Shown: one piece after another, positions 27,001 through 39,000 of the stretch
How positions within the stretch are numbered: position 1 is the stretch's first letter
Layout of the letters: each line of letters starts with the position of its first letter
Assembly (NCBI GenBank): GCA_002633005.1
Contig: NMRA01000239.1
Span: 124,001-188,000, forward strand
Direction of reading: 5' to 3'
Origin: Phoronis australis
Lineage: Eukaryota; Animalia; Phoronida
DNA: 64,000 bases
Notes under the pieces: generated by a model
The model's input: only the letters and a program-made list of their open reading frames with translations
The model's database searches: none
What the model was told of the DNA's origin: nothing
Program-made: the position numbers and the translations under genes

Positions 27001-30000
27001 GCATGTCAGTGGTTGTGCAAATAACAATGTGTCTTAATGGTGTCATCACCCGGCCACGCCCTCCATGGGTGCAGTGGGCTTAATAGATTCACCAGATCTG
27101 ATTGATAGATGCTTTGAGAAATAAGTTGCTCTCTGGTTTTGAAGGAATAACTGAACAGTCAAGTAAGTCATAGCTGTCCACCATTCTTTTAATGGCAAAA
27201 ATAGGGCTTGATTAGTTGGTCGGTATTGTAGGTTTGATCAGACACAAATTCTTTTAGTTTCTGCTCAAGTTAGTTGGTCCAGAATCATTCCAAATGTCTA
27301 GTTCCAAACTGAACTCTCCTGACATAGCAGGTACTTTATTGAGTCAAAAAGCGCGACTTGCTGTGCATCAATAAATGTGCAGTGGTGCGTATTTGTGGAC
27401 AAGTTGAATTAGGCGTGTATTGCTAGTAACATTTATCTCTTGCAGCAGTCACGTCGAGTTCCGACGAAGAAGATTTCCATGATGCAGTAGAGGAACAGCA
27501 AGAAGACTTCGTAGTCACCCTGAAACATACGCTCACAAAAACTCACAAGTAGGTCAAAGTGCAAAGCCTCTTACTGCACTCTTAATGTGATGTTATGGTA
27601 ATTGTCTGGTGCTTATACTTGCTCAATGCTTGCCCATTTTATGTAAAACCTTTGGGGTGGTTTAGTTGCTTGAGATGAAATGCTACGTTGTCAATCAGTT
27701 CACTGTAACACGTAACAACATTATGACACGCATGCACAAAATGCCTTGTGATGTCATTCTGATGCGTTTAAGAAAAAGTGATGCTTGCATTTCTTTGATG
27801 TGTTTGTGATGTGTACGGCAATCATTATGACATCGGTTTCTCTCCACAATAGTTGTCGTTTGCAATAGTTGACATGTCCCTAGGGTTTGACACAACCCCA
27901 TGGGAGGTGCTGTGAGGTACACATTAGCCAGACAGTGAAGTAAAATTGATTAAAAGGGGAAACTTGTAAGAAAATGACCGACCAGTTGTTTTGGCACTTA
28001 ATCACACATCTACCTCCTTCTTTAATGACACTATGTATGTCGCTATCTTGGAATGCAATAACTCAAGAATAAGAAAAAGGATAACACTTGATCCCTTTTT
28101 TGTTCATTATTCCCTATGTTTGCACTGTGATTGGCGACTGTCCTTGGTGGGTCGCACTACTCGATAAAAGTTAATTATTTTTTTGTCAGACAGTGCCTAA
28201 GTGGACAAGTTATTGATGTTACTTTCTGGGGTTATTTTGATAGAAAGCATGGTGTTCACACATTTGTGCGGTGCAGTGTGCTCTTCACTCCATTATTTTG
28301 CCAGAGGTAAAGTTGGATCGAGTGTGGCCAGTGTTGTTTCGATATCAGAACTTGTTGCCGGAAGTAATCACTGTATTTTTTTCAGGCAATGTTTTTTGTA
28401 AAATATTTTTCATTGGTTTACAAATTTGCTGGGATTCTGAGTTCCACTAAATTTCACAGGGTTGATCCTGGGAAAAGACTCTCATGTGGTGACCTTTGTT
28501 TACTCACTTAAAATTTCAAGCCTCAATCAGTGGCACTGTTGCAGCCTATGCGTTGACACTTATGTATTCAGTTAATTAACTGATGTTATCAGTCGTTTAA
28601 AGACTTGCCAATAGGGGCTACAGCAGTTGATGGGATTATCATTTACATGGGGACAGATTGGTGGAAATAGTTCCTGTAAACAGATTTCAATGAAGTTTTG
28701 GGATTCTGAAATTCATGGGAATGCTGCTAGCATTATTTGTGGCCTGGCATTTTCGTAATACACACTGACACGTGGCAGTGCTTAAACTAGATGTTCTTGT
28801 CGAGTTTCCTCATTTTGGTGTCGTCTTTATAATGCCGCAGACGAACTGGGAGCGGCATAAGCACAGTTAGCGTCGAGAGTCTTGGGGCCAACCTGCTTCG
28901 AGCGGAAAACGAGTCCAGCGAGTCCGACTTTGATGACCATCCAACCAACGAGGCATGGGTGATCGCCAACAAAGACAGCATTTCTAATAATGTAAGCAAA
29001 ATGTGTACATTCATTATAGTTGGGCCTTTAATGGCTGTCTTTGCACCAGCTTTCATCTTGATTATTGTGTTCACTGGTTTCCAGTACCGACACTGTATTG
29101 ACTATTAAAGGAAAAACTACTGGTAAAATAGTGTACAAAAAATTATTTGCTTCTTCGATTGATTCCTGAAGTGTTTTGTCTCTTCTTGAAATTAAAGTGA
29201 ATCTTGTAAGACAACCAAATGTGTTAAAGAAACTAGAAACAACTGAAAACTAATGTGTCAAGCTTGCATTGTATTTACATCACAATTTACCCTTTTCATT
29301 ACAACTGGTATTGTTACATCACAATTTACCCTTTTCATTACAACTGGTATTTTTACATCACAATTTACCCTTTTCATTACAACTGGTATTTTTACATCAC
29401 AATTTACCCTTTTCATTACAACTGGTATTTTTACATCACAATTAACCCTTTTCATTACAACTGGTATTTTTATATCACAATTTACAATTTTTAATAAAAC
29501 TGGTATTTTTACATCACAATTTACCCTTTTCATTACAACTGGTATTTTTACATCACAATTAACCCTTTTCATTACAACTGATATTTTTACATCACAATTA
29601 ACCCTTTTCATTACTGGTATTTTTACCACTTTAGAAATGCTGGTACCCACTCCTAATTATGATCTTGTCACTGAATGTGCTCAAGTTACTGTTACCTGCT
29701 TTGATAGGCAAACTGTGCAAACAAGTCTAGGTTATAATATGTCAGTATAAGAAGTAGGATCTGTATTGGACACTCTCTCAGTAAGAAGAGTTCACATTTT
29801 GATCAATATAAATGAGTATATTAGGACATTTTTGTTATGATTTTAAGTTCACGTTGAAATTCATCTAGTTTCTTCGTTTGAGTTATTTTTATTGGCTGGC
29901 ATTGGGTTTGGAATAATCATGTAGTTTTTTTTACAAATTAGAATTTCATAGCGTCATAAAAGGGACCTACAGTTGTCTCCAGTGCTCTTAAGGCTTGTAA

Positions 30001-33000
30001 TTTCTTGAATTTTTAAGCAGTTTGCCAGGGTGTTATTCATAACTCATTAAACAGTACCTGACTGGTCCATGTTTGCCTCCAGGTCGAGATTGGTTTGACT
30101 TGCCAGTTGCTTAAATTGGAAAGTTGGTAGTATTCACTCACAGGAGTCTCTTATTTTGAGTACCAGTTTGTTGCCCATTATTCGGTGGAGGAACTGGTTC
30201 TCAAAATGCAGGACCCCTGCAAGTGACTGTTATCAGACAGTTTAGAATGCTAATCCTTAAACATGAAACACGCCCACCAGATATAATGCTTTCTACCGCT
30301 TTCTGGGCTTAACTCCAATTGTTGTATATCATATTTTTATAATAAACATTGAAAAGTACGTAATACGTGCATTTTCCCAATTTCTGCTACTTAATTGTAT
30401 TGGCTCCTCATGTTGAAGCCAACCTTCCTGGGCTCTCTTTTCGATTTCAGATGCCCGAATACTATGTGCACGGTAAAACTTAGGGTTGTTCCTTTGCAGT
30501 TGTTAGTCAACTTAGTGGGACTGCTACTGCTCGCCTGTTTAGTGCCTCTCGGCTATGCGTACTACATTCTACTGACTGTAGGGGACCTGATCGTAATGCC
30601 AATCACTATGCTGTGCTCCTCAATCTCAGCCATATCGGTACAGTTTAAACTAGCACTAGGTTTTCATATTTCTATTCTGTTCTCATACTAGATTTATTTG
30701 TTAAGAATTTTTGTCTATCTCAGAGTGGAAATTAGCACACAGAATTGCAATGCATGGTGAAAAAAGAATTGAATGCTGTTTATAAGAACACCCATGTAGT
30801 TAGGAAGGGAGGACAAAATTTACAGATGTTATTCATGTTAGGAGAGGACTGTTATTCACCAGTCAGTGTGGTCGTGTCAAATGCCTGTGTGTGATATTGC
30901 CATTCATGTGATATTGCCATACATGTGATATCGCCATACATGTGATATCGCCATTCATGTGATATTGCCATATATGTGATATTGCCATTCATGTAATATT
31001 GCCCTACATGTGATATTGCCATTCACATGATATTGCTATTCATGTGATATTGCCATACATATGATATTGCCATACATATGATGTTGCCATACATTTGATA
31101 TTGCCATACATGTGGTATTGCCATTCATGTGATATCACCCTAATATGATATCACCAGTGTACACTCGCATACTTTAGTCTGTAGTGAATGCATTGATTCT
31201 CACCTACATCAGTTTAGTATGTGTTCATAAGCAAGCAGTATCTGATCGTTGTAAGTTAGTGGTGGGCTGCCATTTTAGTTCTTTTTTATGTTAAAACTAT
31301 TGTTTTGAACAAATTTCATTAATTGCAAGGTATCTAGTGTATGATAAATTTTTTGAAAATATTTCCTTATTACCATTCATTACTAGATTGTTTCCCTTAA
31401 ACTTTGGTACAAATAGATATTTGTGAACATTTCTACCACGGTGACCACTATAAGAACATCTAGGCAAAGGATAGTTATTTACTTAAAACAGTGTATGAAT
31501 ACCCAACTCAGAACCCAGTGACTTTGACGGTGTTACCCTAGTTCGCAACAGTCACGTTAAGTTTAGCATTTTGAAAAAAACACTTACTATTATGATTTAG
31601 GAGCCATGTTTTGCCTGGCCAATTTGCAATGAATTTCATCACAGCTTCAGGGTATCCAAGTGTGATGGTCGTGCTGATTTAGTTTACGTTTTGATCACAA
31701 AAATTTTTAAGTCTAGTCTGCACGCCATCTGTAGGACACATCATGTGACTTAATGAATAGAAGTCCCATGTATGTGATACCCACTGCTAAATCTGGTTAG
31801 ATTTCTCTGTTCGACCAGTGCTCCCGATGACTCAGTGGACTAGAGTTTGTGTCTGCACGGTTTGCAGAACGTCCCGGGTTCGAATCCCAGTGGGGGTAGA
31901 AATCTTTCCAGACTTATGTTATTAGGTCGCGTGATGTGGCCAAAAGGTGACGTGCAGATCAGACTTGAAAATGCTTGTTATCTATATATCCACGCCGGTT
32001 CAAGATTTACATAATTATTAATTTAGTGTATTGATGTTAACATGTACACGTTATAGGGATCCCTTAATGTATTTGGTAGAAGAAGATCACTATCCTTGTC
32101 TGACTTACAACTAGACTCTCTACTGCCCGTGTTTCCCCAGAAGTTGACTTTGCCAAAGCCCATGCAGTCGGGCTTTTTGTGCGTGCCAGGAGTAGGTAGC
32201 CATTTTGTCATTGCTTGCTCATCAGTTGGTTTTAGTTCTGGGTAAATATAACTTTGTGGGCTATGCATATGATGGAATATCTTTTGTTAATTTATTGTAG
32301 CTGTCCATATATTAACATTTGCATATTAGTAGTATTGCCTTTAGTTTTAGTTCTTAAAGATTCATTTCGAGTAATTACTAATAGAATACCTTTCATAACT
32401 ATGTTCAATCCATGTTTAAACGGAATTAGCCACGTCTTCAAAAAACATCTTTCTACGCAGCATATTTCCCCTCAAATGAAAAACCTATTTCCTCATCCCC
32501 CTATAATTTCTTGGAGAAAATGTAAAAATCTAAAAAATTATTTAGTTAAAGCTAATATCGACAATATACACCAAACTGACAAACCTATTGGCAACACACA
32601 ATGTAACAAAACTAGGTGTAAAATGTGTAACTTCATCAACGATAGCACTTTTTTCCAGTCTTCCCAAACCAATGAAAACTTTGAAATAAAACATTATTCT
32701 GATTGCACCACCAACAATATTATTTACCTTATAACTTGTAAAAAATGTTCTATCCAATACGTAGGACAAACTCAACATAATCTACAAACTCGGTTTCGTA
32801 ATCATAGATTTAACATAATACATAAAAACATTTCTGAAACTATAGGTAATCATTTCAATTCCAAAAACCGTAATATTCAAGATCTTTCTGTACAAATAAT
32901 AGAAAAACTCCAACACCCCAGTACCCCTCACAGACTTAAAAGAGAACAATATTGGATAGACAAACTGAATACAAACCTCATGGATTGAACATAAAAACTT

Positions 33001-36000
33001 CTTGAAATATGTCATTGAATTTTTTATGCAAAAATGTATCATTTTCATTACACCATATCTTATATGTCAATTGTCATTTTGTGTTTGATTTTACTTTATT
33101 TCTGTTTTTGTTGATAAAGGAAGTTGTTACATCCGAAAATTTCAAATTTCAGTTGATCCATTCTTGTTGTTTTATTTACCGATTTATAGTCTTCATTTCT
33201 TGAAACAATAGTATCCTTGGGAGGATCTGGATCGCTTTATTTAGTTTCAGATATATATTTTCTACATATCTGTTAGTAATTTGCTTGGGGTGTGGTCTTC
33301 GCAAGATTTTCTTATTGCAGTTAATTTCACATTTCTCTGGAAATCTTGTCAATTGTTATTTGCTACTGGTTTCATTTCCGAGATCAGTAATGCATTAAGC
33401 AAACTAGAGCACCAACAAGTGCTGAAATATAAGTGTCATCGAAGTCATCTAGCATGACCACTCACCCAGTGGACGAAAAGGGCGCTAGGCATAGAAGCTT
33501 AGCCAGGTGGTGAGCAAATTTTCAGAGTAGTTAGGTACTCTGTCGTTCTGTGTGTAGCTCAAATAAACTGTATCCTCATTGTAGTGTTTTCACTTGGACA
33601 TTAAAATAATCTCGTTTTAAGCAGATGTTAAGTATGTATCTGAAGCATCATTTGAAATAGAATGGTGAATGTACGGAGACTAAATTTTGAATTGCGCTTG
33701 CCGTTGCGTTCCAATCAATGACATCACATCCTGGTAAAGGGTTCTTAGCCACAGACCCAAAAATTTATTTTGCAAAACCTTGCAGTTTTGAGAACCTCCG
33801 TTAACCCAGTTTCAAGTATCATGTTGGAGTTACGTGAAACTGCTTGAGTAACTAGTGTCTCCTTCTGTGGCATGGCTGTATGGACTCATAATGTCAGAGT
33901 GCAGTGTGAGCTTTATGGTTGGCTAATAATTGAGCCAATAACTAATACGTTCTGTAATCTGTGAATACTTCCTTTCTGCAAATTCTTTTTCTTCTAACGC
34001 TTGCAAACGGAAGTGGTTTAAGATAACAATAATATCGGTGTGGCAAATATTCTGGGGTCTCGCGGAAATATAGTGCATTTATTTTTACCTCGGCCTATAT
34101 CCTAAAATAAAATAATTTGCTTCATCATCCTCTACAACTCCGTGCATTTGAAGTGCGAGTTCCCATAACATCAGGATTTGAGTTAACAAAGAGAAGGTGC
34201 TTTTTACAAGCACATTATGCAGACTAGATGAATATCCACCTGTACCGCATGCCCACCCTCGGACATCGCAGGGTGTGCGAGTTTTGGTAAATGTTAATCA
34301 ATATATCGTCTTGGTTTCAAAACGAATCCTTCAAGTTAAATTTTTGAAAGCTTCACAAGAGAGTTCTTTCACTGTTCCAAGTTGTCTTCAAGTTACAGAA
34401 TTTTCATGTTATTAGAAATCTTACTCTTACAGAAATCAGATTCAAAATCGTCCTTAGATGCTGGCAAAGCTGCCGGAGGTGCCAGGAAACGTCGTGCGGT
34501 CATTCCAGAAAAACCTAACCACAGTCTCAACTTGTGGAGCATTATGAAGAATTGTATTGGAAAAGACTTGTCAAAAATACCCATGCCTGTAAGTGGTCGT
34601 GTGCGATGGAATTTATGTGACCGTTAATAATAGGAATCGTGTACTTTGAAGTAACAGTCTTCGGTGTTCTGTTGACAGGCAGGGAAGGTGAAAGGGCAAT
34701 TGAAATGCGCATTTAATTCTTATTCTTAGTATTGCAATTCGGAAATTTTTTGTAGCAGTGTTGTTATTTTGTGGAATAGTTGTCGAATTGCCTACTTTCA
34801 CCTATCATTTCTTAAATACTGGCTAATTGGTGTAACAACAGTACAGATTTGTGTTGGTGTTAGCCAACAACTGTGATTGAATGTTGCACTACTAACAAAA
34901 TATGGTTAGCATTGACAAGCCAAATTTTTCTGAATCAATGAATCAGTTTCTCTTTCTTACTTTCGTCAACCACATGTATATAACGGAAATGTTGTTGTGA
35001 AGTTTTAAGTAACAAACGAGCAGATCTGGCATTATTGATAATTTGTGCGCTAACTCTTACAGGTCAACTTCAACGAACCGATGTCTTTCATCCAACGCCT
35101 TACAGAGGACTTGGCGTACAGCGACTGCTTAGACCAAGCTGCCAAGTGCGAGGACTCATGTGAACAGTTGGCCTACATTGCTGCCTTCACTATCTCCAGC
35201 TACTCGACGACAACCACGCGTAGCGGCAAGCCTTTCAACCCGTTGCTAGGCGAGACGTTTGAATGCGATCGACTAGAAGACTATGGCTGGAGGTCCATCT
35301 GTGAGCAGGTGGGTTGGAAAACGTTAACAAGAAGATACATTTTGTGTTTAGCCGCTAAGACCGTTTCACTCATGTTTGCTGTTGGATTTTAAGTGGCGTA
35401 ATTGGCGACAAAGAAGCGTAAATAAATTGAGTATAATTGGACAAAATTACACACAGTTATTTCGGACATTGCTTTCATTTTCGCAAAAATCTGCGAGGCA
35501 AATGACCCTGAACTTCCCTGGCTGTTGAACCACGTTGCCTTTAGATACCGCCTCACTGGCATTGCCACGTTACCCTACACATACTTTTAGTGTTCAGGCA
35601 GGGCTTCTACTTTTCCTTTTCGTCTTTTTTCGTTTCGATTTCCTCTTGTTTGATTTCCAGCTTCCTCTTTTGTTTATTATTATGAATATTTTGGCTTTGT
35701 TCTTGCAAAAATGTTTCTTGCAATTGAATTTTACAACGAAAATATTTCTATCGCAACCTATTTATTTGAAGAATGTTACGTCACCTGAAAAATGTTTTTT
35801 TGCCATTGGTCATTCCAAGCACTGACTCTGGTAGTAGTGAACTCAAAAGACTGCAGGCTTATAATTGAAAGTATCAAACATAATTTTAGGTTAGGGCTTA
35901 AAGTCCATAAATCTAAGCGTTAATGTCAAGCTTTTTTTGGAAGACGGTGCTGAAATGCAAATTCACCCAACTGTCTACCAAAGCTCTGCATTTCCAGAAA

Positions 36001-39000
36001 TGTTCAAGTCAGCTCGCCTGGCAATCCCAACAAATTTTGCCGTTCCATACAATAGCTCAAATCTAAGCTAACACATTCAGGAAGTCAATCCTACCCAAAA
36101 ATAACCCTGAAAATGCGTTTTATCCTTAAAATGGATTGTGTCCCTTTAAAAAGGAGCAGGGTCCATAGTATGCTGCTAAAGAAGAATGTTATTTGAGCCT
36201 GTTCAAGCAATATTTAGTGTGGTGTTGCCATGGATATTAATGTGCTCTGTGACTCCATTTATGACAATTAATCACAGAGGGCTGTTTTGAAGCATTGTAA
36301 TTAGTTTTTATGGTTTAATGTTTTCAATATCTGCCTGTTTGATGGTGCAGCTCAACCAAAATATTAAGCAGAGTTAACGTCTCATCCGATTTGAAGGTAA
36401 GGCTTCATTCAGTGCTGCAACAATGTGCTGTCAATCATGAGCTGTCAATCATTTCAGGTTAGTCATCACCCACCAACATGTGCTATGCATGCCGAGGGGC
36501 GGGGCTGGGTATTCTGGCAAGAGGTGACTGTCACCAGTAAATTCCGTGGCAAATATTTACAGATCATCCCCTTAGGTAAGTTGACCTTATAGCTTGTTAG
36601 TGAAATATTAACAATGTTTTTAATCCCCAGTATGAAGTTGTTTAGCTTTGCATGATTTAAAACTTTGTTTCTCACAATTTGGAAGTCTAGAAGTTGTTTT
36701 ATTTGGAACTTAATGGTGAATAGCGAAATGTCAAGTTCTTGAACTTGCGAAACAAGGTGGTTTGGTGTTGTATTGTCTTAGTCAGGAGGTCATAAACGTC
36801 TTTGAAAACTTGATTGAGTCTCTCCATTCATAGTTCTCATTTAGGCCCCTCGATGTCATGATTTTAGGGCCAAATATCAACCCTGTTCTCTTCTGAAAAT
36901 ATTTTAAAATTCCAAGAAATTCGGCTACGAGGTGCAAAAATTCTCGTCTCAGGATTAAAATTTTCCTCAAGGCTAGAATCGCGTATAAGTTGCGTAACCC
37001 TTCAGCTTCACCAGTGTTAACAGTAGTCTCGAACCCATACTCTATTAGCACGATAATGGAATCTGGGTTCAAGGCTATGACTGCAGTCTAGATATGGAGA
37101 ACTGAATCTGGATTAGTTTATTGCAAGTGCAGGGGTGATCTCATAAACTGATGAAAAAAGTTGTTTATGGTAGTTCTGAGCTCCTTCACTGACACCCCTA
37201 CTACTGGTTCAACTGCAAGCAAAAAAATCAAATATAAGCAGTTTATGAGACAACACTTCAACTAAACATTAGCTTTGGCTACTTGAGGCAGTGGCAACCT
37301 GGGGGATTGGCTTGGTGGTAACCAGGGTGTGGAATTGCTGGTTTCTAGGGGTGTTCCCCCCTCTCCTAAAAATGGCCTCGGAAGGCAAACCCATGGAAAA
37401 TAAACAAACTAAGGTAAAAATGTGTGGATTTTTAATATAAAAACCTTCATTTTTCAAGTCAGATGGTGAGATGATGCATTGTGGTATGCTTGGCAACAGT
37501 ATTTAGTGAAGTTAACTAGAAGTCTGTTTTGTTGGCAAGGTAACTCGTGTAGAATGAAAGCACTTTGCTGAGAAGTGTATTTCATGGTTGATTATGTTGA
37601 CAGGTATCATGCACCTGCGGTTCCCCAAGACTGGTCACCACTATACATGGCGCAAGTTGACAACTACAGTACATAATATTATTGTGGGCCGGCTGTGGGT
37701 GGATAACCATGGGGAAATGGACATTGTCAATCATTCTAATGGTGACAACTGTCATGTCAAATTCTCTGCCTACAGCTACTTTTCACGAGAGATTGCCAGA
37801 AAGGTAAGGTGGCACTTTTTGCGTAACAGTGAGCAGCTAAGTGATGATTTGGTAATGCACTTTAAGCTTGACATGGAGGCATGTGTGAACGCACAATTTT
37901 TTGCTGCATCTTGATGTCTTTATTAATAGCATTGGAAAACTGTGGACATTATCAGGAGCAGTAATGTTTATGTTGGGTGGTGTAAGTTAGAAAGCCTTTG
38001 TGTCAGGCTATGCAGGATAATTATGGCATGCACAATACATTGGCATCATGGAAATCTTAGTTGTTGGAGGTATGAAATGTTGGTGACTGTTTCCATAAAA
38101 AGCCAGAATTCTACTACAACTCTCTAAACTTGCGCTAGAACTTAGACTAAGTCGATGTTTTGTTGAAAATCAGTAGAATGAAGTTGTTAAACGCAGCAGG
38201 TTTAATCAGACTTAAGACATAGGAGCTTTGGTGAAACGGCCTCGAACATGGAGTTTACCATCTTTCACTGTGGATAATTACAACTATGGATTCAGATGAA
38301 AATATGCCTTTCGGAATAAATCAACTTTTGGTGTTGGGATATGCTTTGTGATCAGGGATACCATTTTGGTGAAACTAGGCTTGAATAAGTGGTGTGATTA
38401 TTACCGTAGGTGACAGGTGTAATAACTAATAAGACGGGCGATGTCAGGTACGTGTGCACCGGTACATGGGATGAGAAACTGGAATGTGCCAAGGTTGTCA
38501 ACACCAGTCAGAACAGTAAAGGCAAGCCAGTGTTTGAGACGGGCCCGTACAAGTGCCTGTGGAAAAGGAAGTACCCACCGTGAGTATACCATGAAACGGA
38601 GTGAGCTCGTTTAATTTTGTAACGACAATAATTCGACCTGTAGTCTAATGCTTTCTTAAGATATTAGCGGTAGTGTTCCATCAAGCTTGTTGATGTCTTG
38701 CGACTGGTTTGTTATGCTCTGTGTCTATGTGTCCGGGTGTTTGGTGTCCTGCATCTGCCAACTGTATCTCCTAAACCATTTGAAGGATATTCATGAATTT
38801 TGGCAGGTGTTCTTATGGGGTTGATGACAGGTGGTGGCGATTTTCGGATGGTTCTAATTAAGTGTGCCCCCTAGTGGCAATTTTAATTTTTAATGAATTT
38901 CGGTATATGTTTCTGTTGAAATGACAAGGACACCTTCTTGATTTTGAATGGATTGTACGGAGTCTGCCCCTCCCCCCGTAGTGACCATCTTCATTAATTT

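Noticed and set aside
29253-29750. Repeat-protein ORFs on both strands, or a CRISPR-like array
   Set aside because: Pure 39-bp tandem minisatellite with no unique spacers; the ORFs arise because the unit is a multiple of 3 and lacks stops.
33212-33220. U12-type donor GTATCCTT
   Set aside because: No adjoining exon or U12 branch site was found; all modelled introns are ordinary GT-AG.
33454-33510. Alternative first exon for an ORD-only OSBP isoform ([17 protein letters not shown])
   Set aside because: The available donors are phase 2, whereas the next OSBP exon is phase 0; no other support.
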